A stretch of DNA of 64,000 nucleotides from a bacterium (GCA_965216635.1 OZ244188.1:2330644-2394643), one strand, 5' to 3'. Positions 9,987 to 20,529 are shown, counted from the stretch's first letter. Made by a program: numbers and translations. Notes: a model not told the origin generated them from the sequence alone.

Positions 9987-10925
9987 ATGTGCGGAATAGC
10001 TGGATTAATCCATAAAAACGGAAATAAAGATGTTGGAACTGAAATGACAGCAATGCTTGCTTCTATGGAGCATCGGGGACCTGATTCTACTGGTTTTGCT
10101 CTTTATGGTAAACCCAACGAAGGACAATTTGTGCTTCGCTACAAAACTGCTGAACAGCAGGAGACTACTAGTGGGTTTGATATTGTAGATAAATTGAAAA
10201 GTAGAAAAGAAAAAATCGCAAACCGATTAGGAAAAATGAATGCAAAAATTCACTCTCAAGAAGATGTTACAGATTATGCTGGAAAATGTATTTTTTCTTT
10301 TGATGGTGATTTAAAAAGATTGGTTGACTACTTAGAAGATATAGAGCAAGTAGAAATACTTTCTATTGGAAGATCATTAGAACTTATCAAAGATTTAGGT
10401 AATGCTGACCGCGTTGCTGAAAGATATTCTTTGAATGGTTTTATGGGAAGCCACGCCATAGGACATACCCGAATGGCAACAGAATCCGATGTAGATATTC
10501 GTTCTGCCCATCCTTATTGGGCTTATCCGTTTAAAGATATTGCAGTTGTGCATAATGGACAGTTAACAAACTATTGGAGTATGCGAAGACAATTGGAAAG
10601 ATTAGGGCATAGATTTACTTCTAATTGTGACTCTGAAATGATTGCTGTCTACATAGCAGATAAATTAAACAAAGGAATGGAATTAGAAGAAGTTTTACAA
10701 GATTCCGTGAAAGAGCTAGATGGCGTTTTTACTTATTTAGTAACGACTGAAGATGAACTCGGAGTAGCTAAAGACGAAATGGCGGCTAAACCTTTGGTGC
10801 TAATGGAAACCGATGATTTGATTGCAATGGCTTCAGAAGAAATAGCTATAGTTAGTGCAGTTGGAAAAGAAATTGATTCTTATGATCCTTATGAAGGGAC
10901 AGTGAAAGTATGGAAAAAAAACTAA
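9987..10925 (+). CDS. mgsA: N-methylglutamate synthase subunit A (class II glutamine amidotransferase, GlxB-like)
   Basis: MCGIAG, HRGPDSTG, GHTRMATES, HNGQL, DSE; cluster context. Confidence 0.85.
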   Translation: MCGIAGLIHKNGNKDVGTEMTAMLASMEHRGPDSTGFALYGKPNEGQFVLRYKTAEQQETTSGFDIVDKLKSRKEKIANRLGKMNAKIHSQEDVTDYAGKCIFSFDGDLKRLVDYLEDIEQVEILSIGRSLELIKDLGNADRVAERYSLNGFMGSHAIGHTRMATESDVDIRSAHPYWAYPFKDIAVVHNGQLTNYWSMRRQLERLGHRFTSNCDSEMIAVYIADKLNKGMELEEVLQDSVKELDGVFTYLVTTEDELGVAKDEMAAKPLVLMETDDLIAMASEEIAIVSAVGKEIDSYDPYEGTVKVWKKN

Positions 10926-10926
10926 T

Positions 10927-11047
10927 CATTGACATTCTGTTTAGACTATGCAGCGGTTAAAAAAAATTTTGCCTCTTGAAATATTACATATATTTCTACG
11001 AGACAAAAATTTTTTTCGCCTTGCCTAGGTGTTACATAATGCCAATG
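10927..11047. repeat. Palindromic element, short-ended variant
   Basis: Ends CATTGACATT/AATGCCAATG; core ctatgcagcg..aaaaatttt..cttgaaata..tatt..acgagac..aaaaatttt..cgccttgcctag shared with 21766..21886. Confidence 0.75.
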
Positions 11048-11051
11048 GATA

Positions 11052-11217
11052 TATACTTTTGAATTTGCATTCTGTTTAGCCTATGCAGCGTTGAAAAATT
11101 TTTTTAACTCTTGAAATACTTCAGTATTCCTACGAGCTAAAAAAAATTTTCGCACCTGCTTTAACCATTTGGCTAGCCCCAATAGTGGGATAAGCATCAG
11201 CGAAATTCAAAGGTATA
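11052..11217. mobile_element. Modular palindromic element (MITE/REP-like)
   Basis: Terminal inverted repeats TATACTTTTGAATTT/AAATTCAAAGGTATA; close inverted relatives at 17151..17332 and 23132..23271. Confidence 0.8.
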
Positions 11218-11238
11218 TAATTAACAATAAAATTAAAA

Positions 11239-12048
11239 ATGGACTTACATTCGGAAAAATTAGCTGGTAGAACTCAGCAGGTTTATTTTTCACCAGAAGA
11301 GGCAGAAAATTATACCTATTCTTTTGCACAAGATGTGGATTTTGATAAAACCACAGAAATCGACGTAGGAAATATTAGTAGTACAAAAGTCAATTCGCAA
11401 ATTCTAGCAAAAATGAAAGAAGGTTATGGAAACATTACTCTCCTAAACCCAGGCTCTAAGCATTGTCTGATTGTGGGCATTCTTAACCGTTTAAAAGTCA
11501 CTGTGAAAGGAAGCCTTGGTTATTTCGGTTGCGGAGTAATTGATGGACCCAACATTCATATTGAAGGTAGAGTTGGTTGGTCTTGCGGAGAAAATATGAT
11601 GTCTGGTACTATCTTAATTGAAAAAAATGCAGGCTCTGTTTTTGGAGCAGCCATCCGCGGTGGTGATCTTGTTTGCAAAGGAGATGTCGGAGGTAGAACA
11701 GGTATTGATCAAAAAGGAGGCTCCATTATTATTGGTGGAAGCTCTGGTGCTTTCACTGGTTTTATGATGCAGCGAGGCAGAATTGTTATTTGCGGAGATG
11801 CAGGGAAAAATTTAGGAGATTCTATGTATGACGGGACTATCTATGTTGGTGGTAAAATTGCGGATTTGGGAGTTGATGCTGTAGAAGGAGAAATGAACGA
11901 TGTTGAAAGGACATGGCTCAAAAGGAAACTCAATCAATACGGCATTCAGCCTCAAAAACCTGTAGAAAATTTCACAAAGATAGTCTCTGGTAAAAAACTG
12001 TGGAGTTATGATAAGTTGGAGCCGGCAGAAAAGAAACTTATTTTATAA
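11239..12048 (+). CDS. mgsB: N-methylglutamate synthase subunit B (GXGXG beta-helix, GlxC-like)
   Basis: Repeated Gly motifs GSLGYFGCG, GENMMSGTI, GFMMQRGRIVICGDAG, GDSMYDGTIYVGG. Confidence 0.85.
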   Translation: MDLHSEKLAGRTQQVYFSPEEAENYTYSFAQDVDFDKTTEIDVGNISSTKVNSQILAKMKEGYGNITLLNPGSKHCLIVGILNRLKVTVKGSLGYFGCGVIDGPNIHIEGRVGWSCGENMMSGTILIEKNAGSVFGAAIRGGDLVCKGDVGGRTGIDQKGGSIIIGGSSGAFTGFMMQRGRIVICGDAGKNLGDSMYDGTIYVGGKIADLGVDAVEGEMNDVERTWLKRKLNQYGIQPQKPVENFTKIVSGKKLWSYDKLEPAEKKLIL

Positions 12049-12233
12049 CAGATTTAGATAGTTCTAACGGATTAAAAATCAATTTGAATGAGACCATAAA
12101 AAAGTAATTGAGAAAACAGTTTGTAGTTGTTAGAGTTTTTGTTGATTGAAATAGATATTTTCGGTTTTTCTTATTTTAAATAGTATTTAAAATAAGATTT
12201 TTCTTAATAATACCAATTAAAATAAAAGTTACT

Positions 12234-13730
12234 ATGACAGTTAAAAAACTTAACTTTAAAAACCAATATGAAAATTATATTGGTGGAGAATGGTTAGCTC
12301 CTGTTGACGGCGAGTACTTTGATGATATTTCATCTATTGATAATAGTGTACTTACAAGAGTGCCTAAGTCTAACAGTAAGGATATTAATTTAGCTATTCA
12401 AGCAGGACAGAAAGCATTTGTGGACTGGGGAAAAACATCAGCCACTGAACGAAGTAATATTCTGTTTAAAATTGCTGCTCGGATTGAAGAAAATATAGAA
12501 GAATTAGCTAAACTTGAAACATGGGAAAATGGGAAGGCATATAGAGAAACATTTAATGTGGATTTACCTTTGGTTGTAGATCATTTTCGCTATTTTGGTG
12601 GTGTTATTAGATCCGAATCCGGGGAAATAACCGATATTGACGCGAACACGGTTTCTATGGAAGTCCATGAACCATTAGGTGTTGTAGGACAGATTATTCC
12701 TTGGAATTTTCCAATTCTCATGGCGACATGGAAAATTGCCCCAGCGTTAGCGGCAGGTAATTGTATTGTGCTGAAACCAGCAGAACAAACACCTGCATCT
12801 ATTCTTATAGTCGCAGAATTGATTTCGGATTTACTACCCGCAGGTGTATTAAATATTGTTAGCGGTTTTGGTCCAGAAGCAGGTAAACCATTAGCTACTC
12901 ATCCAGATATTAAAAAAGTGGCGTTTACTGGTGAAACCACTACTGGAAGGTTGATTTTACAATACGCTTCTGAAAATATCACCCCTGTGAGTTTGGAACT
13001 AGGCGGGAAGTCACCAAATGTTTTTCTAGAAAGTGTAATGGCGGAAGATGATAACTTCTTAGATAAAGCCATTGAAGGTTTTGTGATGTTTGCTGTAAAT
13101 CAAGGTGAGGTTTGTACTTGTCCATCTCGTGCTTTAATTCAAGAAAGTATTTATGATAAGTTTATGGAACGCTGTTTAAAACGTGTTGAAGCTATTAAAA
13201 TGGGAGACCCACTGGATAGTGCTACCATGATGGGAGCACAGGTATCCAATGATCAATATGAAAAAATCCTTAACTATATTGATATTGGCAAACAGGAAGG
13301 TGCAGAAGTGCTAGTTGGAGGTGAAGCCTATAAAAACGAAATCTACCCTAATGGTCATTATATTCAACCAACTGTATTTAAAGGACACAATAAGATGCGT
13401 GTCTTCCAAGAGGAAATATTTGGCCCTGTAGTGAGTGTTACAACCTTTAAAGATGAAGCCGAAGCATTGGAAATTGCTAATGATACTTTATATGGTTTAG
13501 GGGCTGGTGTTTGGACACGGGATTTACATCAAATGCAAAATGTTTCTCGAAATATTGCAGCAGGTCGTATTTGGTGTAATTGTTACCATGCTTATCCAGC
13601 GCATGCTTCTTTTGGTGGGTATAAAAAATCAGGTATTGGACGAGAAACCCATAAAATGATGCTAGATCATTATCGTCATACTAAGAATGTGCTTTTATCT
13701 TACGATAAAAACGCATTAGGATTCTTTTAG
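12234..13730 (+). CDS. aldB: NAD(P)-dependent aldehyde dehydrogenase, AldB/AcoD type
   Basis: [56 protein letters not shown]. Confidence 0.9.
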   Translation: MTVKKLNFKNQYENYIGGEWLAPVDGEYFDDISSIDNSVLTRVPKSNSKDINLAIQAGQKAFVDWGKTSATERSNILFKIAARIEENIEELAKLETWENGKAYRETFNVDLPLVVDHFRYFGGVIRSESGEITDIDANTVSMEVHEPLGVVGQIIPWNFPILMATWKIAPALAAGNCIVLKPAEQTPASILIVAELISDLLPAGVLNIVSGFGPEAGKPLATHPDIKKVAFTGETTTGRLILQYASENITPVSLELGGKSPNVFLESVMAEDDNFLDKAIEGFVMFAVNQGEVCTCPSRALIQESIYDKFMERCLKRVEAIKMGDPLDSATMMGAQVSNDQYEKILNYIDIGKQEGAEVLVGGEAYKNEIYPNGHYIQPTVFKGHNKMRVFQEEIFGPVVSVTTFKDEAEALEIANDTLYGLGAGVWTRDLHQMQNVSRNIAAGRIWCNCYHAYPAHASFGGYKKSGIGRETHKMMLDHYRHTKNVLLSYDKNALGFF

Positions 13731-13737
13731 TTTTTAA

Positions 13738-13769
13738 ACTAGACAGTTTTATTAAAAACTGTCTAGGTT
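13738..13769 (+). terminator. Stem-loop after aldB
   Basis: CTAGACAGTTTT-loop-AAAACTGTCTAG just after the stop codon; poly-T tail weak. Confidence 0.55.
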
Positions 13770-13778
13770 CACTGGAAT

Positions 13779-13969
13779 TAGACCTTTGAATTTGCCAAAT
13801 AGGACAAAACCAGCTGTGACGGCTAGCCAAATGGTTAGAACAGGTGCGAAAAAAAAAAATGAAAAAGTGCCAAAAGGCACTTTTTCTATAGCGCATAAAT
13901 AGTTTCAAGCAATAAGCTTGTTTTGGCTAAACAGTTAGTTTTGTCCTATTTGGCAAATTCAAAAGTCTA
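13779..13969. mobile_element. Modular palindromic element with ~39-bp inverted ends
   Basis: TAGACCTTTGAATTTGCCAAATAGGACAAAAC...GTTTTGTCCTATTTGGCAAATTCAAAAGTCTA; internal hairpin GAAAAAGTGCC-AAA-GGCACTTTTTC. Confidence 0.85.
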
Positions 13970-14077
13970 GAATGAGGCTTTTGGGATGGGACGATGTTTA
14001 TGGTTTGACTACAAAAAATTTTTGTTTAGTGGTCTACTTTAAATATAGTGCTACCGCAAAAGTCTATATATTTTTTT

Positions 14078-14452
14078 ATGGTTATAGAACGGGTATCCGT
14101 TACAGATAAAGCCAAAACAGTTATAGAGCAACTACGGCAAAAACACGGAGATTTGATGTTTCATCAAAGTGGAGGTTGTTGCGACGGTTCTTCCCCTATG
14201 TGTTTTGCTAAAGGTGAATTTTTACTTGGTTCTAGAGATTTGTATTTGGGTGAAATTCACGGGTGTAAATTTTATATGGCATCCGATCAATTCAAATACT
14301 ATGAAAGTATGCACATATTGGTTGATGTGACGGAAGGCAGAGGCGCAAGTTTTTCATTAGAAATTCCACTTGGTTTGCGATTTATGGCTATTTCACGAGT
14401 ATTGACAGAGGATGAATTAAAAGAAGTTAAACCAGTAGAATTTGTGCAATGA
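14078..14452 (+). CDS. DUF779 family protein (usual AldB neighbour)
   Basis: LMFHQSGGCCDGSSPMC, GRGASFSLEIPLG; ATG at 14078 preferred over GTG at 14048. Confidence 0.9.
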   Translation: MVIERVSVTDKAKTVIEQLRQKHGDLMFHQSGGCCDGSSPMCFAKGEFLLGSRDLYLGEIHGCKFYMASDQFKYYESMHILVDVTEGRGASFSLEIPLGLRFMAISRVLTEDELKEVKPVEFVQ

Positions 14453-14521
14453 TCTTTTTGCATGAGTAATACGCACTGCCCTAAAATTTTTTTATTCTTT
14501 AACCTAATTTAAAATTAAATC

Positions 14522-15862
14522 ATGATAGAAAAAAAGAGAAATAAAGATTTGATTGGAAAAAGTTTTATTTTCCAACCAGAAGTAATGGATGATATTCATA
14601 TTAAAGCAGAACTTGGACGTTACCGAATGCGAGGTTTTTCTATTTTTAAGAAAATTCCATCTTGGGATGATTTAACCTTTATGCCGGGCACTCTAACTCG
14701 GTTTGTGATTGAAGGCTACCGAGAAAAGTGCCTTACAAAAACAGTTATAGGACCCAACGCTAAGGTTCCATTAGAACTAGACATACCTATCTATGTGACA
14801 GGCATGAGTTTTGGAGCTTTGAGCTATGAAGCAAAGATAGCTCTTGCTAGAGGAGCTACCATGGCTGGAACAGCTACCTGTTCTGGAGAAGGAGGAATGA
14901 TACCCGATGAAAGAAGGTATTCTTCAAAGTGGTTTTACCAGTGTATTCAATCCCGCTATGGATTCAACCCACACCATTTAAGATTAGCTGATGCTGTAGA
15001 AATATTTATCGGACAAGGTTGTAAAGTAGGTTTGGGCGGACACCTAATGGGACAAAAAGTAACCGATCAAATAGCTGAGATGCGTTCTTTACCAGCTGGT
15101 ATTGACCAAAGATCTCCAGCGAGACACCCTGATTGGTTAGGTCCCGATGATTTGTCTATCAAAATCAATGAGCTAAGGGAAGCTACCGACGGACAAATTC
15201 CTATTCAATTAAAACTAGGTTCTGCTAGAGTCTACGACGATGTGAGAATGGCTGCCAAAACAGGTCCCGATTCTATCTACATTGATGGTATGGAAGGGGG
15301 TACTGGGGCAGGTCCTCATTTGGCTACAGAAGAAACAGGAGTCCCTGGGATTGCTGCGATTAGGCAAGCTAGAAAAGCAATGGACGATGTCGGACAAACT
15401 GGAAAAATTTCTTTAGTCTATGCTGGAGGTATTAGAAACGGAGGTGATGTTGCTAAGGCGCTTGCACTAGGAGCCGATGCAGTAGCTATAGGGCACTCTG
15501 TTTTGATTGCTCTTAACTGCAACAAAGATATACCCGAAGCTGATTTTGACAACGAAATGGGAGTATCCGCTGGAGAATGTTACCATTGCCATACTGGAAG
15601 ATGTCCAGTAGGAATTGCCACTCAAGATAAGGAATTAAGAAAACGTTTGGATCCTGATGAAGGAGCGGAAAGAGTCTATAACTTTTTGCATACTTTAGCT
15701 ATTGAAGCTCAGCTTTTAGCTAGAGCTTGCGGAAAAACCAATGTGCATTCTTTGGAACCTGAAGATTTATCTGCTTTAACTTATGAAGCTTCTGCTATGG
15801 CACAAGTGCCATTGGCTGGAACACAGCACACTGTGGGACGTCCAGATCTGACTCGCTACTAA
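14522..15862 (+). CDS. mgsC: N-methylglutamate synthase subunit C (FMN-binding glutamate synthase family, GlxD-like)
   Basis: GMSFGALS, CSGEGG, GQGCKVGLGGHL, GGIRNGGD, CYHCHTGRCPVGIATQD. Confidence 0.88.
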   Translation: MIEKKRNKDLIGKSFIFQPEVMDDIHIKAELGRYRMRGFSIFKKIPSWDDLTFMPGTLTRFVIEGYREKCLTKTVIGPNAKVPLELDIPIYVTGMSFGALSYEAKIALARGATMAGTATCSGEGGMIPDERRYSSKWFYQCIQSRYGFNPHHLRLADAVEIFIGQGCKVGLGGHLMGQKVTDQIAEMRSLPAGIDQRSPARHPDWLGPDDLSIKINELREATDGQIPIQLKLGSARVYDDVRMAAKTGPDSIYIDGMEGGTGAGPHLATEETGVPGIAAIRQARKAMDDVGQTGKISLVYAGGIRNGGDVAKALALGADAVAIGHSVLIALNCNKDIPEADFDNEMGVSAGECYHCHTGRCPVGIATQDKELRKRLDPDEGAERVYNFLHTLAIEAQLLARACGKTNVHSLEPEDLSALTYEASAMAQVPLAGTQHTVGRPDLTRY

Positions 15863-15920
15863 TTGCGTCAATCTGCTTTGTCTATGCTGCGTTAAAAAAA
15901 AATTAAAGTAAAAAATTACA

Positions 15921-16385
15921 ATGGAAGAAAAATTAACAAAAAAATTGTACGGCAGGACAAATGCTATACTACAAGGTTGTACTAAAAAAGTAGGTTTAAT
16001 CACCAATTTACAGCTACAGAAATTGTTATATTTAAGCTATGGGGAGTATTTTTTAATAGAAAGAGACGAACTTCCTTACTTGCAATTTGAAGCTTGGAAA
16101 ATGGGACCTGTTATTCGGGAAATTTATGATAGGTGCAAAAGTTATGGATATAAACCCATTGAAAGTTTGGTGAGCTATGATGGCAATTTTTATATTTCTC
16201 AGGATGCTAAATCTGTTGATATAGCCATTGCAAAATATGCAAAACTTTCTATACATCAGTTAATAGAAGAGACGCATGGTTTTGCTTGGTTTGAAGCATA
16301 CAGTAAAAACGAAAGTAATATTATTGATCACGAGAGTATTAAAAGTGAATTTGAACAAAAAGAACAATGGAAGATAGCTCAATAA
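15921..16385 (+). CDS. Panacea/DUF4065 (SocA/GepA-like) antitoxin-family protein
   Basis: TNLQLQKLLY, FEAWKMGPVIREIY, LIEETH..AW. Confidence 0.85.
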   Translation: MEEKLTKKLYGRTNAILQGCTKKVGLITNLQLQKLLYLSYGEYFLIERDELPYLQFEAWKMGPVIREIYDRCKSYGYKPIESLVSYDGNFYISQDAKSVDIAIAKYAKLSIHQLIEETHGFAWFEAYSKNESNIIDHESIKSEFEQKEQWKIAQ

Positions 16386-16621
16386 GTACAAAAAATAAAG
16401 GTAGTTTACACGAGCAAAAAAAACAACTTATAAGACTATGGTTTTTGATATACGTTTTTGGATGTTCTTCTTTTGCTCTCCTAGTAGGGTATGTTTTTTC
16501 GTTTTTAAATATTGGTGATATACAAGAAATTAGTAACGGATTGATGTTTGTTGGGTTTATATGCACAACAACTTTGGGAGCAATTATAGGTTCTGCCGTA
16601 GACTCTTCTATAACGGATTAA
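16367..16621 (+). CDS. Small two-TM protein, candidate Panacea partner
   Basis: Overlaps the Panacea gene by 19 bp; two hydrophobic helices. Confidence 0.6.
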   Translation: MEDSSISTKNKGSLHEQKKQLIRLWFLIYVFGCSSFALLVGYVFSFLNIGDIQEISNGLMFVGFICTTTLGAIIGSAVDSSITD

Positions 16622-16665
16622 AGAAAGTTTTTATTTTTAATAAACAAATAAATAATCAAAAAAAA

Positions 16666-17055
16666 ATGAGCGAAAAAAATGTAGACTATTACCTCAAATC
16701 CGATGGGGTAGATACTGATAGAGAAAAGATTATCGGACAACACATAGGCTATCGCTACGATGTCAATCTTGTTCCAGACTATAATCGTCTAACCGATTTT
16801 CTAAAAAAATACATAGAAGTTATGGGATGGCAAGACTTAAATTGGTTAGAAGATGTCCACATGGGTTATGAAGAAGGAACGCCTGCTGTTTTTGATAGAA
16901 ATATCAACGGTTGGGTAACTGTTCCAAAAGATCTCAAACTTCCAGACAATCAGCAAGATAGGGATATGGTAGCAAGAGAATTGTTGATAAAATTCCAAAT
17001 GTCTGGAAGGCATCCTTTGAATGATTTGCGGAAAGAATATCTTAAATTTGAATAA
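16666..17055 (+). CDS. Hypothetical soluble protein within the N-methylglutamate cluster (129 aa)
   Basis: ATG at 16666 after an A-rich leader; protein-like composition (IGYRYDVNLVPDY, WLEDVHMGYEEG). Confidence 0.75.
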   Translation: MSEKNVDYYLKSDGVDTDREKIIGQHIGYRYDVNLVPDYNRLTDFLKKYIEVMGWQDLNWLEDVHMGYEEGTPAVFDRNINGWVTVPKDLKLPDNQQDRDMVARELLIKFQMSGRHPLNDLRKEYLKFE

Positions 17056-17087
17056 CATTTCCCCTCAATAAAGTTTCAAGATAAATA

Positions 17088-17131
17088 GAGATTTTTGAAT
17101 TAAGCATTATATTGTTTCATTCAAGAGTCTC
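17088..17131. repeat. Degenerate short palindromic element
   Basis: GAGATTTTTGAAT...ATTCAAGAGTCTC; left part resembles the reverse complement of 60128..60152. Confidence 0.5.
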
Positions 17132-17150
17132 GTATAATAATAAAATTTAA

Positions 17151-17332
17151 TAGACCTTTGAATTTCGCTGATGCTTATCCCACTATTGGGGCTAGCCAAA
17201 TGGTTAGAACAGGTGCGAAAATTTTTTTTAGCTCGCTGGAATACTGAAGAGCATTTCTTCACAAATAGCAAGAGTTAAAAATTTTTTTCAACGCTGCATA
17301 GGCTAAACTAGATAAGCAAATTCAAAAGTCTA
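17151..17332. mobile_element. Modular palindromic element
   Basis: TAGACCTTTGAATTT...AAATTCAAAAGTCTA; inverted relative of 11052..11217 with a longer central loop. Confidence 0.85.
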
Positions 17333-17349
17333 TTTAATAGAATCGTTTT

Positions 17350-17628
17350 ATGAGTTTTTTACTAGACTGTCCCAGTATAGGCAAACGACCAACAACGGAG
17401 TTTGCCTATGGAGGAGAATACATTCCACGCCCTAAAGCAAATAGTTCTTTTGATAAATGGGTGGACTATGTTTTTTTTAAAAAAAATCCCAAAGGTAAGA
17501 TATTGGAGTGGTGGTATCACAGAGCATCTGAGCAGTGGTTTTTGGTTTTCAGGGATACCAATAACAATACAGATCATATTAGTTTTAGTTATGAAGATAG
17601 AAATAAATTCACCAAATTTTTTAAATAA
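17350..17628 (+). CDS. mgdB: N-methylglutamate dehydrogenase / sarcosine oxidase delta subunit
   Basis: CPSIGKRP..EFAYGG, W.DYVF..KNPKG..EWWYH..WF. Confidence 0.8.
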   Translation: MSFLLDCPSIGKRPTTEFAYGGEYIPRPKANSSFDKWVDYVFFKKNPKGKILEWWYHRASEQWFLVFRDTNNNTDHISFSYEDRNKFTKFFK

Positions 17629-20529
17629 ATGAAAAGAATTAAAAATCACCCCTTGTTTGATATTCCAAAAAGTAACAAAGAAATTTCTTTTAGCTACAAT
17701 GGAAAAACTTTGAAAGGTAAAACGAGCGATACAGTAGTTTCTGCTCTGTGTGCGAATGGTATTAAAATTTTCACACGAAGTTTTAAGTACCATAGACCAA
17801 GAGGTTTTTATGATTACTACGGATTTGGAGCCGAAACATTATTGACAATTAACGGCAAGCCAAATATTTTAGCAGGTTCTACTATACTAGAAGAAGGTAT
17901 GATTTTAAAAACACAAAACGCATGGCCCTCTACTAATTTTGATATAATGTCGGTCAACCGTGTTATGATACCCATGTTACCTACGGGATTTTATTACAAA
18001 ATGTTCCATAAACCAAAAGTAGCATGGCCCATTTTTGAAAAAATTATTAGAAAAGCTGCAGGACTCGGAAAAATTAATTTAAAAGATAACCACGAAAAAC
18101 AGTATTGTGAAAAAAAATATTTTTTTGCAGATGTTTGTGTGATAGGAGCAGGTATCGCAGGTATAGCGGCTGCACAAGCAGCTTTAGTATTGGGTAAAAA
18201 AGTTCTACTATTAGAAAAAGACGCTCAACTTGGAGGTAGAACTGTTCATAAAGGGAACACTGTTAAAAACTGTTCTAATAAGGATCTCAATGGAAAAAAA
18301 GAATGGCAAGCTTTTCACACAATACTCAAAAAAATTATCAAACATCCCAATTTAGAATATTTCACAGGCACTACTGTTTTTGGAATTTATGAAGATAATT
18401 TGGTAGCGGCAAAGAAAGCAAACAGCTATTCTGGAGAAGACCTACTCAAAATTAGATCCGCTGCAGTAGTTGTAGCAACTGGTGCATCCGACAGACACAC
18501 CGTTTTTCATAACAATGATATGGTAGGTGTTGTGCAAGCCTCTGCGATTGAAAGAATGATTGCATTGCACGGAGTCACACTCGGGGAAAAGGCTGTGGTG
18601 TTCACTTGTCATAATGGAGGTTATCATACAGCTATAGCCTTAGAAGAAGCAGGCACTAAAGTGGTTGCAGTAGTGGATGCGCGAGAGAAAGTAAGAGACA
18701 ACGAGTTTATCTCCCAAGTGAGAGCGAAAAACATTAAAATTATAACTAACCAAACCATTCATTCTGCTAGTGGAAAAAAATCTATCTCTAAAGTTTTTTA
18801 TTCAGGATTGAGTGGAGGCAAACCCTCTGGAAGTTTTGACTGCGACTTAGCCGTGTTGGCACTTGGTTATAAATCCAATATGCAGCTTTTAGCTATGGGA
18901 AGGAAGAAACCTAAATGGGATTCAAAAAGAGGAATATTTAGAACCACGGATCTTGCCAATAGCGTATATGCAGCAGGGGATGTCAACGGATATGCTAGTT
19001 TTTCTACAATTTATGAAGAAGGAAAAAAGGTAGGAACAGCGGCTGCTAAAATGCAACCCAATCCAGTTTCACAACGTTTTAGTGAAGAAATAGTTTTTCT
19101 TATGCCACCGGCTATTGAAAGTAGTGGTAAATTTCAATTTGTAGATAAATGTATGGATGTCACACGAAAAGAAATTTATAAGTCAGTCCAAGAAGGCTAC
19201 AACCAAACCGAGCTTTTGAAAAGATATACCAGTATGGGTATGGGACCAGGTCAAGGAAAATCCAGCTACGAGGCTATAGCTAGAATAGGAGCTATAGAAT
19301 GCGGAGTAGAATTTAAAGAAGCAACACCTACTACTGTAAGACCTCCTTTTACACCCACTAGCTTTTCAGTTTTGGCAGGAAGATCTCATCATCTAGTTCC
19401 AGTGCGAAGAACAGCAATGCACCACTGGCACGAGAAAAACGAGGCAAAATTTTTAATTGCAGGACAATGGAAAAGACCCGAGTATTACCAATCTCCTGAA
19501 AAAGAGGCTCTTCAAGTTCGTCAGAAGTTAGGAATCATTGATGTTAGCACTTTGGGAAAAATAGAACTTAGTGGGCCTGATGTTATAAAATTTGTAGAAT
19601 TTTTTATGCCATCTAAATACGCCAAGTTAAAAATTGGCAAAAGCCGTTATTCCATTATGGTTGCTGAAAGCGGAATTTTATACGACGACGGCACTATTTC
19701 TAAAATGGACGAAGAAAATTACTATATCAGCACAACGACTGGCAACCAAGATACCATCGTTTCTCAATTTTGGCTCTGGATAGATACCGAAGGTTACCGA
19801 GTTCATGTAAAAAATAAAAGCTCTGTTCTTTCTGCTGTCAATGTTACAGGAGCTAGTTCAAGAGAATTTTTAGAAGATAAAATTGATATAAACATTTCTA
19901 ATGAAACCCTACCCTATATGGGATGCGCTAAAGCAAAAATCTGCGGTATTCCCTGTTATATTTTCCGCATTGGTTTCACTGGAGAGCTCGGCTATGAAAT
20001 ACACTACCCCTCTGAATACGGGTATTCTTTATGGGAGCATCTAATGGAAACGGGCAAAAAATATGATTTAGCTCCAGTAGGCATAGAAGCTCAAAGGATT
20101 TTAAGACTAGAAAAAGGACATCTTATACCGGGCACAGATACCGATGCCTTAACAAGTCCTTACGACGCTGGAGTCAATTTTGCTGTTAGAGAAGATAAGC
20201 CAGATTTTATAGGAAAATACTTTTTGAATGATTTTAAAACCAAAGATTTCAGCAAAAGAGAAAAATTGGTGAATTATAAACTAAAAAAGAATTCCTCTAT
20301 CCCAGAAGATGGAGTTGCTGTTTTAGATAATGGTAAAATTGCTGGTAGAGTAACAAGTTCAAGATTTAGCCCTACAGTAGGACACGGAATTGGACTCGCT
20401 TGGGTGAAATCACCTTTAGCAAAAGTGGGAGGTAAATTTACTATTCGCACAGCTAAAGGTAAGGATGTGGAAGCAGAGATATTGGCGCATGGGATTTATG
20501 ATCCTCAAGGTGCTAGAATGAAAAATTAG
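17629..20529 (+). CDS. mgdC: N-methylglutamate dehydrogenase / sarcosine oxidase alpha subunit
   Basis: RSFKYHRPRG, GFYYKMF, IGAGIAG, LKRYTSMGMGPGQGK, DVSTLGKI, IGFTGELGYE, LRLEKGH. Confidence 0.9.
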   Translation: MKRIKNHPLFDIPKSNKEISFSYNGKTLKGKTSDTVVSALCANGIKIFTRSFKYHRPRGFYDYYGFGAETLLTINGKPNILAGSTILEEGMILKTQNAWPSTNFDIMSVNRVMIPMLPTGFYYKMFHKPKVAWPIFEKIIRKAAGLGKINLKDNHEKQYCEKKYFFADVCVIGAGIAGIAAAQAALVLGKKVLLLEKDAQLGGRTVHKGNTVKNCSNKDLNGKKEWQAFHTILKKIIKHPNLEYFTGTTVFGIYEDNLVAAKKANSYSGEDLLKIRSAAVVVATGASDRHTVFHNNDMVGVVQASAIERMIALHGVTLGEKAVVFTCHNGGYHTAIALEEAGTKVVAVVDAREKVRDNEFISQVRAKNIKIITNQTIHSASGKKSISKVFYSGLSGGKPSGSFDCDLAVLALGYKSNMQLLAMGRKKPKWDSKRGIFRTTDLANSVYAAGDVNGYASFSTIYEEGKKVGTAAAKMQPNPVSQRFSEEIVFLMPPAIESSGKFQFVDKCMDVTRKEIYKSVQEGYNQTELLKRYTSMGMGPGQGKSSYEAIARIGAIECGVEFKEATPTTVRPPFTPTSFSVLAGRSHHLVPVRRTAMHHWHEKNEAKFLIAGQWKRPEYYQSPEKEALQVRQKLGIIDVSTLGKIELSGPDVIKFVEFFMPSKYAKLKIGKSRYSIMVAESGILYDDGTISKMDEENYYISTTTGNQDTIVSQFWLWIDTEGYRVHVKNKSSVLSAVNVTGASSREFLEDKIDINISNETLPYMGCAKAKICGIPCYIFRIGFTGELGYEIHYPSEYGYSLWEHLMETGKKYDLAPVGIEAQRILRLEKGHLIPGTDTDALTSPYDAGVNFAVREDKPDFIGKYFLNDFKTKDFSKREKLVNYKLKKNSSIPEDGVAVLDNGKIAGRVTSSRFSPTVGHGIGLAWVKSPLAKVGGKFTIRTAKGKDVEAEILAHGIYDPQGARMKN

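Noticed and set aside
14522..15862. Conventional glutamate synthase (gltB) or glnA calls for the cluster
   Set aside because: Three-way split subunits next to a GS-like gene and Sox-like genes fit the N-methylglutamate pathway better
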